A stretch of 64,000 bases of DNA from Candidatus Kerfeldbacteria bacterium (GTDB lineage Bacteria > Patescibacteriota > Patescibacteriia > SBBC01 > CAIJZX01): assembly GCA_016193315.1 (NCBI GenBank), contig JACPSJ010000001.1:535478-599477 (forward strand), given 5' to 3'. The notes below the pieces were generated by a model. The model did no database searches. It saw nothing but the letters and a program-made list of their open reading frames with translations, and was not told the origin of the DNA. Below are positions 27,753 to 35,892 of this stretch, piece after piece. A program made the translations under genes and the position numbers. Position 1 is the first letter of the stretch; each line of letters begins with the position of its first letter.

Positions 27753-28384
27753 TAGGGGCGACTCCTCTGACGGCCAGTCATGGGTCTAGTCGGTGCGGCG
27801 CGGCCGCTGCTGTCTGGGCTGGTTTGTTGCCACTCGATGATCGTCTTAACGAGTTCAGCGGCCGATGGCTGACCGCTTGATCGTTCGGCCGCCGCGCGGC
27901 GCTGGAGATCAGTGATCAACTGCTGGATAGTAACTGGATCCTTCACCCCGGACAGCTCGAGGTTGGTGGTCGTGCCGGCAGTCTGGACCACAATCGAGCC
28001 GAATCGGAAGAGCGTCTGCCACAAGCCGCGGCTAGCGTACCGAACGTCCTGAATTTTGTCATACGCGGCTTCAGCCACGGTCCGTTGAAAAAAACCTTGC
28101 TGGTCGATATCGATGATCCGTTGATTGGTGATGAGCAACACATTCCGCGACCACACATAGAGTGCGCGCAGACCGGACCAGACAGCGATGGCGAGGACGA
28201 CCCCAAAACCGAGCGCCCCCCAACCCCGCCATTGGAACCACCAGGCGAGCAGAAAGAAATCGGCCACCATCAACAAGCCACTGCCGACCAATGGCGGGAC
28301 GAGTGTCAGGGCGTAGGGACGGACGAGTTGGACTAGCTCTTCCCCCTCTTTCAGTTGTTTGCTAAGATAATTATGCCAGGGCAT
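27752..28384 (-). CDS. Membrane-flanked bacterial PH domain protein (bPH_2, YdbS/YdbT-like)
   Basis: 210 aa; two TM helices followed by a PH-like region (VLLITNQRIIDI...). Confidence 0.5.
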   Translation of the reverse strand: MPWHNYLSKQLKEGEELVQLVRPYALTLVPPLVGSGLLMVADFFLLAWWFQWRGWGALGFGVVLAIAVWSGLRALYVWSRNVLLITNQRIIDIDQQGFFQRTVAEAAYDKIQDVRYASRGLWQTLFRFGSIVVQTAGTTTNLELSGVKDPVTIQQLITDLQRRAAAERSSGQPSAAELVKTIIEWQQTSPDSSGRAAPTRPMTGRQRSRP

Positions 28385-28388
28385 ACCT

Positions 28389-28493
28389 ATGAAGCGACGT
28401 CATCTGGAGCGACTGTGGATCGTGCTGTCGATTATCATGATCGCCGGGATGATTATGTTTACCATTGGTCCAGCTCTCGGCTTCCTGATCTAG
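28389..28493 (+). CDS. Candidate 34-aa small membrane peptide
   Basis: ATG at 28389 gives MKRRHLERLWIVLSIIMIAGMIMFTIGPALGFLI, a basic N-terminus plus one TM helix, in the 105-nt gap between two minus-strand genes. The RBS is weak. It is not in the ORF track because it falls below the length cut-off. Confidence 0.25.
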   Translation: MKRRHLERLWIVLSIIMIAGMIMFTIGPALGFLI

Positions 28494-30298
28494 TGTTTGA
28501 GCACCGCCAAGTACGCTGACGGCGGCAGGTCAACTTTCCCGAACGCCCGCAACCGCTGCTTACCGCGTTTTTGTTTGGCCAACAGTTTCCGTTTTCGTGT
28601 CACGTCACCGCCATACAGTTTGGCGGTCACGTCCTTGCGGCGAGCCGGGACGGTGGCCGCGGCCACAATGGTGCCGCCCACCACGGCTTGGATTTTAACC
28701 TCGAACAGCTGCCGCGGCAAGAGGCTTTTGAGCGTCTCCACTGCCTTCCGCCCGGTGGGGTACTGTTGATCCTGATAGACCATGGTTGACAAAGCCTCAA
28801 ACCGCTGCCCGGCGATGAGGATATCGAGTCGTACGAGTTCGGCCGCCCGGTAACCGGACAAGGCATAACTCACCGTCGCGTATCCGGCGCTGACGCTCTT
28901 GATGTGGTCGTAAAAATCCACCAGGATCGATGCCAGCGGGACGGAGAAATGGAGGACCGCCCGGTCGGGAGTCAAGTAACCCAGGCTGAGAAACTGTCCA
29001 CGATAGGGCCGGACGGTTTCGAGCACTGGGCCAATGAACTGACTAGGAGTGAGGACATCGAGCTTGACCACTGGTTCCTCAATCTGCTCGATGGTGGCCG
29101 CATCAGGCAGCTCGAGTGGGCCGCGGATAATGAGGGGGTGCTGGGCCCCGCGGGTCCAGACGTGGTAGGCGACCGAGGGTGTGGTGATCGTGATGGGTAC
29201 CTGATACTCGCGGGCCAGGCGTTCACGGACTATGTCTAGATGGAGCAGGCCCAAGAACCCGCCACGGAATCCAGCCCCGAGCGCGGGTGAGTGTTCCGGT
29301 TCAAAGGTAATGGCCGCATCATTGAGTCTCAATTTCTCCAGCCCTTGGCGCAGACGGGGTAGGTCGTGGCCATCGGCCGGGAAGAGCCCAGCGAAGACCA
29401 TGGGTGTCACTGGCTGGTAGCCAGTCAAGGGATCGAGCCGGATCCCAGCCGGGGCGATGGTGTCGCCGACCCGCGCCTCGACGACCGTTTTTAAGCCGGT
29501 CACGACGTAACCAATTTCCCCAGCCGTTAACGTTGATGTTGGTACCAGTTGCGGATGAAACTGGCCGACCGCCTGGACGGTGGAAGTGGCTTGGCGACCG
29601 AGGAATTGAATGTTCATCGACGGTGCGATCCGCCCATCAACAACCCGCACGTAGGCCACTACCCCCTGGTACGGATCGAAGGTCGAATCAAAAATCCGAG
29701 CCCGCAGCGGTTGCTCTGGTCGGCCGGCTGGCGGCGGAACATCAGTGATGATGCGCTCCAGGATCGCCTCGATGCCGTGGCCCTGCTTGGCCGAAGCGGC
29801 AATAATCGATCGTTGATCGATTTGTAATAACTGGGCCAACTCTGTTTTGACCCGGGGCAGATCGGCGTTTGGCAGGTCGATCTTATTGACCACCGGGATA
29901 ATGGCCAGTCCGGCCCGACGAGCGGCCTCAAGATTGGCCAGCGTTTGCGCCTGGAGACCCTGACTTGCATCGACGACCAAAACCGCTCCCTCAACCGAAG
30001 CCAAGGAGCGCGACACTTCATAAGCGAAATCGACGTGGCCGGGAGTATCAATCAGATTCAGCTGGTATCCGCGCCAGTCCATCCGGACCGGGGCCAACTT
30101 GACCGTAATCCCCCGCTCCCGCTCAATATCCATTTGGTCGAGGTACTGATCGCGCATGGCCCGACGGGGCACAGTGTCAGTACGCTCGAGAAATCGGTCG
30201 GCCAAAGTCGATTTGCCGTGATCGATGTGAGCGATGATACAAAAATTTCTGATTTTCCCCAGGCTGGTCATGACGAACGGGTCAAACCGTTCCGCCAC
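28490..30298 (-). CDS. lepA: Elongation factor 4 (LepA)
   Basis: 602 aa; G1 AHIDHGKST, G3 DTPGH, and the LepA-specific C-terminal domain. Confidence 0.9.
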   Translation of the reverse strand: MAERFDPFVMTSLGKIRNFCIIAHIDHGKSTLADRFLERTDTVPRRAMRDQYLDQMDIERERGITVKLAPVRMDWRGYQLNLIDTPGHVDFAYEVSRSLASVEGAVLVVDASQGLQAQTLANLEAARRAGLAIIPVVNKIDLPNADLPRVKTELAQLLQIDQRSIIAASAKQGHGIEAILERIITDVPPPAGRPEQPLRARIFDSTFDPYQGVVAYVRVVDGRIAPSMNIQFLGRQATSTVQAVGQFHPQLVPTSTLTAGEIGYVVTGLKTVVEARVGDTIAPAGIRLDPLTGYQPVTPMVFAGLFPADGHDLPRLRQGLEKLRLNDAAITFEPEHSPALGAGFRGGFLGLLHLDIVRERLAREYQVPITITTPSVAYHVWTRGAQHPLIIRGPLELPDAATIEQIEEPVVKLDVLTPSQFIGPVLETVRPYRGQFLSLGYLTPDRAVLHFSVPLASILVDFYDHIKSVSAGYATVSYALSGYRAAELVRLDILIAGQRFEALSTMVYQDQQYPTGRKAVETLKSLLPRQLFEVKIQAVVGGTIVAAATVPARRKDVTAKLYGGDVTRKRKLLAKQKRGKQRLRAFGKVDLPPSAYLAVLKH

Positions 30299-31872
30299 AC
30301 CCGGTCACGGAGTTGCTGCCAGACGGAGGTCAGGAGCGAAGCCTCAGACAGTCGGAAGAGGCTGGCAAAAATAGCATAGGAAATTAACCCGACGGCCCCG
30401 GCCACCACCGCCTGCGCTAGCACGCCGACCGCACGCGTCAGGTCGAGCCCGAAACTGACCAAGAAATACTTAGTCGCTTGAACCGTCAGAGCCATCAGGA
30501 TGGTGACGCCGAGGATCTTGATGACCGACTGGATAATCCGATCGTCATCGAGATGACCAATCCGCCGGTGGAGTGTCAGCGCCAACAGTCCGGCGTTCAG
30601 CACGCTCGAGACCGAGTATGCCAGGGCCAGTCCCTGAACACCCATGATCGGGCTGAGGACGACCGATCCGAGAATGGCAATACTAACCGCGGCGATAGTG
30701 TACCGCATCGGCGTTTTGGTATCCTGCATGGCATAGAACGAGCGGGCCAGCACGGGTATCAAAGATTGAGCAAAGAAGGAGAGGGCAAAAAAGCCGAGTG
30801 TCTGGGCGGTGGCGATCGTTTCCGGCCAGCTGACCTGGCCCGCTCCGATGATGACCCGAACGAACTGGGCCCGCAACTGCAAAAATAACACAGTCACGGG
30901 GATAATGACAAACAGGATGTTTCGGACAATGGTTGAGAACTGCTGCACGAATTCTTCGCGGCGCCCCTGACTGAGCAGTTCGACGAAGCGTGGGAATGCC
31001 ACGGTGGCCATCGACAAACCCATGATCGTGACTGGGAAGTCTTGGATGTCGTTGGCCCAACGGAAAATCGATAGGTTCGCCGGCCCGAGGCGAGTGGCGA
31101 TGGGAATAGTCGCCAACTGATTGAGCTGGGTGACGGATTGACCGACTGTTCGCGGCACCAGGAGCTGTCCGATCTGTCGGACGCCGGGGTGTCGCCAACC
31201 AGCCCCTCGACCCGGACGCCAGCCAACCCGCCAGGCCGCCGCGGCGTGGATGGTGGTGTGGAGGAATGCCCCCCCGACCGCCCCCCAGGCCACCCCAGCC
31301 GGACCGAGCACCGGCACGAACCACAGGAGGCCGGCGATGATCCCGAGGTTATTGAAGATCGGCGCCAGCGACACGGCGACGAAATGGCGGAACGAGTGTA
31401 GAACGCCAGCAAAAACATTGCTAATCGAAAAGAGGAGCATGTTCATTGACATGATCCGGGTCAGGACGATCGCCGTGTGTTGGGCCGCCAAGCCGAACTT
31501 GTGACCGACCAGGAGTTTGACGAGCGGCTCAGCGGCCACGAGCAGAATTAAGCCTAAAGAAAAAAAGACGATCATTAGGATGTTGAGGATCGAGCGGGAG
31601 ATGCGCCAGGCCTCAGCCTGGTCGCGCTGCCGGTAGGCGATGAACACCGGCATGAACGACGTCAGCAGCGAGCCGAGGATCAGCGTTCCGTAGATGAAAT
31701 CGGGGATAGCAAAGGCCGCGTAGATCGGGTCCGCCCCCTCGGCGCCGAAGGTCGAGGCGATCAGGCGCTGCCGGATCAGACCAAAGAGTTTACTTAAGAT
31801 CCCGGTGACTCCCACCAGGACCGCGCCGCCCAGAATTGTGGTCTGGATTGTCTCCAGCAATTTCCGCCACAT
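30268..31872 (-). CDS. murJ: Lipid II flippase MurJ (MviN family)
   Basis: 534 aa, about 14 TM; MOP-superfamily MurJ pattern. Confidence 0.8.
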   Translation of the reverse strand: MWRKLLETIQTTILGGAVLVGVTGILSKLFGLIRQRLIASTFGAEGADPIYAAFAIPDFIYGTLILGSLLTSFMPVFIAYRQRDQAEAWRISRSILNILMIVFFSLGLILLVAAEPLVKLLVGHKFGLAAQHTAIVLTRIMSMNMLLFSISNVFAGVLHSFRHFVAVSLAPIFNNLGIIAGLLWFVPVLGPAGVAWGAVGGAFLHTTIHAAAAWRVGWRPGRGAGWRHPGVRQIGQLLVPRTVGQSVTQLNQLATIPIATRLGPANLSIFRWANDIQDFPVTIMGLSMATVAFPRFVELLSQGRREEFVQQFSTIVRNILFVIIPVTVLFLQLRAQFVRVIIGAGQVSWPETIATAQTLGFFALSFFAQSLIPVLARSFYAMQDTKTPMRYTIAAVSIAILGSVVLSPIMGVQGLALAYSVSSVLNAGLLALTLHRRIGHLDDDRIIQSVIKILGVTILMALTVQATKYFLVSFGLDLTRAVGVLAQAVVAGAVGLISYAIFASLFRLSEASLLTSVWQQLRDRVWRNGLTRSS

Positions 31873-32325
31873 ACAACAACCGCACGCAGTTTACCACTTT
31901 TTGGTCCGCCTGACAAGCCGCAAATACAAAAACGACCCACGGTTTGGGTTACCCCGCCAGCCGATAGGCACTTCTGGCTGAACCAGGAGCGGTCAACGCT
32001 CTGCGGTATCCAACGGAGGAGAACACCTTGCGGTGTGACATTGGGTCCTACAGCGCGCGGACATCACTGATTCAGCCGGAACTGCAACTGAACTCTTCCT
32101 ACAGTAGTCGCATGAGTTCCGTCGCTCGTCAAGACCCTCCAACCTCCCTGGCCGCCACCACCTGGCCCTGGCGACGCCGTGGAGGGACGGCGCACCGGGA
32201 CCGGGCGTGATGACGACCAGGAAAGTTCCGTTGCTTGATCGGGCAGCACAACGGTTCGGTCTCGCTGAAAGGAGCGACTAGCTACTCCACCAAAATACAC
32301 TTCATCAGAACTGTGCTTTGGTGGG

Positions 32326-32351
32326 GGCTCCGACTCAATAGAGTCGGAGCC
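32326..32351 (-). terminator. Perfect 11-bp hairpin GGCTCCGACTC-aata-GAGTCGGAGCC downstream of the collagen-like gene
   Basis: Seen directly; lies 26 nt after the stop at 32377; no U-tract, so it may be a stabiliser or bidirectional terminator. Confidence 0.45.
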
Positions 32352-32376
32352 TGAAATGCGAGGGGAGGAACGAGAC

Positions 32377-32988
32377 CTAGACGGTGGTGACCGGCGGGGC
32401 GGCAGCGCCAGGGGCACCCGGCGTGGTCTCGGCCGCCGGAGCCGGAACACGATCCCGGATGATGACCACGCGCCCTGGCACCTGGCCTTCTTCCCGGACC
32501 ACGGCGCGGGCCGTGTCCCGCACCGCGGCGGTGAATGTGGCGCTCGCGAATAGATCGGTGCCGGCCGTGGCCGGGCCGACTCCGGCTATCGCGACCGACG
32601 CATGGTGATGGGCCATCGCGACGTGGAACGCATTCCGGGCTTCGGTCCGCGCGGCGCCGAGCTGCCAGAAGATGATCGGCATCCCGACCACCACCAGCAG
32701 GGTCACGATCGCCACCCAGACCAGAGACATATTGCCCCGGTCGTAGGCGATGACCAACTGACTCGACTGCTCCGGCGAGAACGTCCCGACCGGCCCCTGG
32801 ACGCCCTGTTGACCCTGCGGTCCTCTCGGCCCCCGCTCGCCGCGCGGACCCTGCGGCCCGACCACCACGGCGGTCGCGGGCTGGCCCTGATCCTCGACCA
32901 GGGCCGCCGACGCACTCGACTCCGGCCCCTGGGCCAGAACCGGAACGGCCAAGGCCATGAGCAGGAAAACGACGGTGATGAGCTTCAA
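32377..32988 (-). CDS. Secreted collagen-like (Gly-X-Y) repeat protein with C-terminal TM anchor
   Basis: TTG start with AAGGAGGG 4 nt upstream; signal peptide MKLITVVFLLMALAVPVLA; 13 consecutive G-X-Y triplets (GPQGPRGERGPRGPQGQQGVQGPVGT); TM LVWVAIVTLLVVVGMPIIFWQL; Ala/Pro-rich tail. Confidence 0.6.
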   Translation of the reverse strand: MKLITVVFLLMALAVPVLAQGPESSASAALVEDQGQPATAVVVGPQGPRGERGPRGPQGQQGVQGPVGTFSPEQSSQLVIAYDRGNMSLVWVAIVTLLVVVGMPIIFWQLGAARTEARNAFHVAMAHHHASVAIAGVGPATAGTDLFASATFTAAVRDTARAVVREEGQVPGRVVIIRDRVPAPAAETTPGAPGAAAPPVTTV

Positions 32989-33502
32989 GTCTCCCTCCTT
33001 GATTGCGCCGCTCCACCATGAAGCGGCGATCCGACCCCGTATGAAATCACGGGGCTAAATTGCTGCTTCATGGTAAAGCCTCTTCTGAACACCACCGAAC
33101 AGGAGGTGAGCGTATGGCGTTGCCTTCCGCGAAGCCACGTTTTACGTGGTGAAGCGGGGTCGTCGCCATTGATGCGCCAAGACCATGGGGCCGAAGAGTA
33201 GCAACCCTCAAGCCTATGGATCCGGCACGGCCGGACAGCGTCCATGCTGGCTGTCCGCTAGTCCGGTGCTCTCCCCTCCTTGTCGGTGGTGTCTCGCTGT
33301 TGTAAAAGTACGTTCTGACTTGAACGATCGATCGTTGATCAATCATTCAAGTCAGAGGGGGAGTGCGGTACAGAACCACGCTCCCCTCTCTATGCTTCAC
33401 AATCCCTAGCGGGATTGGACCGCAACCTTAGTTGCGGGATTTTGTCCAAAGGGCGTTTCAGGAAGACATATCACCCCTTACTCACGCCTGGCTTCGCCAG
33501 GG

Positions 33503-34003
33503 TTAGGCTACGCGCTGGTGACCGTGGCCTCTCCTCCGGCCGGATCCCGGCTTGTCGATCCGCTCGCCAGGACGGTCGAAGGCGGAGCGCAGACGGTAGT
33601 CGGCCACACTGCGGCCGACTTGCTTCGGATTCTTGCGGTGGTCGTGGACCGCCGCTTTGCCATTGCCGTTCAAGGCAGCAATGGTAGCAGTGTAGGCCTC
33701 GGCCGCTTCCGTCCGGAGCTGCTCCTGCCTCTGTTGGCGAGCCAGCATACCCTCAGCCTCGAAAAGCTGGCGGAAGGCGCGGTCCCGAGCCTCTCTCCAC
33801 CAGCCGATCTGGAGAGCCATTCCCTTCAGATGCTGTCCGAGCTGCTGCAGCTGGTTCTGTTCGGCTGGCGTCTCGCCCGGGCAGGATTCGATGTCCTGCT
33901 GGGCGCGATCGGCTGCCTCGGCCAGGAGCCGAAGATTGCGCTCCGCCTCCTCCATCCTGGCCTTGAGGGAAACGATCCGCTCCGACAGCGACACAGAACT
34001 CAT
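33503..34003 (-). CDS. Coiled-coil protein of unknown function
   Basis: 166 aa; ATG preceded by AGGAGG 7 nt upstream; heptad-rich sequence (LKARMEEAERNLRLLAEAADRAQQDIE...). Confidence 0.55.
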   Translation of the reverse strand: MSSVSLSERIVSLKARMEEAERNLRLLAEAADRAQQDIESCPGETPAEQNQLQQLGQHLKGMALQIGWWREARDRAFRQLFEAEGMLARQQRQEQLRTEAAEAYTATIAALNGNGKAAVHDHRKNPKQVGRSVADYRLRSAFDRPGERIDKPGSGRRRGHGHQRVA

Positions 34004-34149
34004 GAGATTCCTCCTGCCCGACTTGGGCGGAATGGGGTAATGGTTTGTACGGTACGACCGGATCTTCCGGCCGGTGGTCTCAACGCATCGTTAAGCTCAC
34101 CGGGGGAGGGCGGTGCGGGTCCGAGTTGAACTCGGGCACCGCCCAGGAA

Positions 34150-34338
34150 CTACTTCTCCACCCTTGGCTCGTCCGCCTTCTCCTTCGGCTGTCGGCACTT
34201 GCAGTCCGCGCCCCGGCACCGACAGAACTCGGAGATCCGGTAGCCAGCGGCCTGGGCCGTGGTGAGCGCCTGCGCGTCGACGACCCCGCCGCGTTCGGCC
34301 GACTTGGCCAAGGCAATCAACGCTTCGCGAGGACCCAT
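34150..34338 (-). CDS. 62-aa protein with C-terminal Cys cluster (CRCRGADCKCRQPKEK)
   Basis: ATG preceded by GGAGGG 5 nt upstream; CxC-x5-CxC motif suggests a small metal-binding knuckle. Confidence 0.5.
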   Translation of the reverse strand: MGPREALIALAKSAERGGVVDAQALTTAQAAGYRISEFCRCRGADCKCRQPKEKADEPRVEK

Positions 34339-34393
34339 AGTTCCCTCCAGTTCCGGTCTGCCCGACCGGCGGGGTGGCCGTAGCCACGGTGGC

Positions 34394-34756
34394 TCAGTCG
34401 GCTTCTCGTTCGGCCGCCAGCTCCCTCTCCGGACGGGGGTGGATGTCTCGCGTTCTGGTCCGACCCCGCGAAGGGATGAACACCAGGATGAGCATCATGA
34501 TCCCGCTGACGAAGAGCACGCCGGAGATGATCAGGAAGCTTGGCGCTCCGAAGTCGCGGACGGCGTTTACCACGACAACGGCGGTGTTGTGCAGCCACTC
34601 GAGGAGAGCGGCTGTGGCCTGCTGCAGGCCGTTGGCCAGGAGCGCCGTCTGCTGCCGGAAGTAGTCCGGCCGACAGAGGAAGCTGATCCCGGCCGAGACG
34701 AAGCCCCCAGCGACGAAGACCACAGCGGTGACCAACAGTTTCAACCGTTTCGGCAT
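34394..34756 (-). CDS. Small two-TM membrane protein
   Basis: 120 aa; ATG preceded by AAAGGAGC; TM1 LLVTAVVFVAGGFVSAGISFL and TM2 FLIISGVLFVSGIMMLILVFI; Arg-rich tail. Confidence 0.55.
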   Translation of the reverse strand: MPKRLKLLVTAVVFVAGGFVSAGISFLCRPDYFRQQTALLANGLQQATAALLEWLHNTAVVVVNAVRDFGAPSFLIISGVLFVSGIMMLILVFIPSRGRTRTRDIHPRPERELAAEREAD

Positions 34757-34773
34757 GTTTAGCTCCTTTGCAG

Positions 34774-34953
34774 TTAGTCGGTCGCAGTCGACCCAGACGC
34801 CTCGTCTGTATCTTCGAGAGTCTGGTTGCGACTCCAGATGACGTCACGGATCTCCTGGCCGATCGTACGGCAGGCCGTGACGAGGGTATCCAGATCGAAC
34901 TGCTGACCGGCAATGAAGCGGTTGACGAAGTCCTCGGCTTCGGCCTTGGTCAT
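34774..34953 (-). CDS. 59-aa acidic protein (MTKAEAEDFVNRFIAGQQFDL...); a longer upstream-extended form is possible
   Basis: ATG at 34953 is preceded by AGGAGAAG 5 nt upstream. The frame stays open up to the TTG at 35133 (track ORF), with an alternative ATG at 35082. Confidence 0.45.
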   Translation of the reverse strand: MTKAEAEDFVNRFIAGQQFDLDTLVTACRTIGQEIRDVIWSRNQTLEDTDEASGSTATD

Positions 34954-35151
34954 CGTCACTTCTCCTGGGACAGCAGACGAACTGTCTTGATCCGGCCTGG
35001 CCACAGTTTCTGGTTCGATCATGCCAAACCTAGAAAGCTGGGTTGTGATCGTCCGGCGTAGACGACTGAATAGTACCTGCATTGCTGTCACTCCGTTCTG
35101 ACGGCAGGGGTGGTGGTAGGTGGATGGTGACAAAGATCGAAGGTGCTTCTC

Positions 35152-35358
35152 TCACTTGGGCGCCCCATGCTTGATGGAAGCGCCCGAGTGAGGGGAGGAG
35201 TTGTGGAGGGGAAACTCCTCCCGCGTGGCTGGAACGAGGTCGTAGAGGCTGATCCCTGGCTGGTAGCGCAGGTGATACAAGCTGTTTTCGACCTCATACT
35301 CCAGTTCGACCGGTTGGCCGGTCAGATCGTTGATGTACCGCCGCGAGATGATGCTCAT
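35152..35358 (-). CDS. 68-aa protein of unknown function
   Basis: ATG at 35358 is preceded by GGAGG 7 nt upstream (MSIISRRYINDLTGQPVELEYEVENSLYHL...); the C-terminal low-complexity tail overlaps hairpin H1. Confidence 0.45.
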   Translation of the reverse strand: MSIISRRYINDLTGQPVELEYEVENSLYHLRYQPGISLYDLVPATREEFPLHNSSPHSGASIKHGAPK

Positions 35359-35505
35359 GGCTGTACCTCCTTGATAGGTGCGGCCGACTCCTCGCTCGAA
35401 CATTCCATACTTCCGTACCGAATGCTCGAGTGAGAGTAGGAAGATGTTGCCATCCTCCTCTCACCGTGTGTGACACCGGGTGAGCGGTGGTGCAATGCCT
35501 AGCGG

Positions 35506-35892
35506 CTAGCCGGCCTGTTCGGGAGACCGAACGTCCATGGCGCAGAGACTCAGACAAAAGAGCCAAAAGGCCGTGCCGATGAGGTAGAACTGCCACGGCA
35601 TGAGGTCCATGCGAACCTGCTCGCCGCCGACGGCGATGATGGCCGACGCCACATAGGCCAGGATCGTGCCGAGGAGTTTGATCGGTCGGCTCGACTGCAT
35701 CAGCGGGTAAGTCAGACCGCCGAAGACCAGACCGACGAGGCCGAAGAAGGCGGCCGCCGCCATGTTGAGGTCCTTGGCCGAGGCTAGATGCGCCGGGGCG
35801 AACGCCCCTTGAAGCGCGGTGTACCACAGGTAGAAGCAGCCGGAAACGGTGGCCACAATGACGGCCAGGCCAGTCCAACGAATCGGACGCAT
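35506..35892 (-). CDS. Four-TM membrane protein of unknown function
   Basis: 128 aa with four hydrophobic helices; GGAG-type RBS 12 nt upstream. Confidence 0.55.
   Translation of the reverse strand: MRPIRWTGLAVIVATVSGCFYLWYTALQGAFAPAHLASAKDLNMAAAAFFGLVGLVFGGLTYPLMQSSRPIKLLGTILAYVASAIIAVGGEQVRMDLMPWQFYLIGTAFWLFCLSLCAMDVRSPEQAG

Noticed and set aside
32282-33019. Arg/Gly/Pro-rich ORFs (245 aa minus, 139 aa plus, 70 aa minus and others) overlapping the collagen-like gene
   Set aside because: Low-complexity alternative-frame shadows typical of GC-rich DNA. Only the 32377..32988 frame has a signal peptide, G-X-Y periodicity and an RBS.
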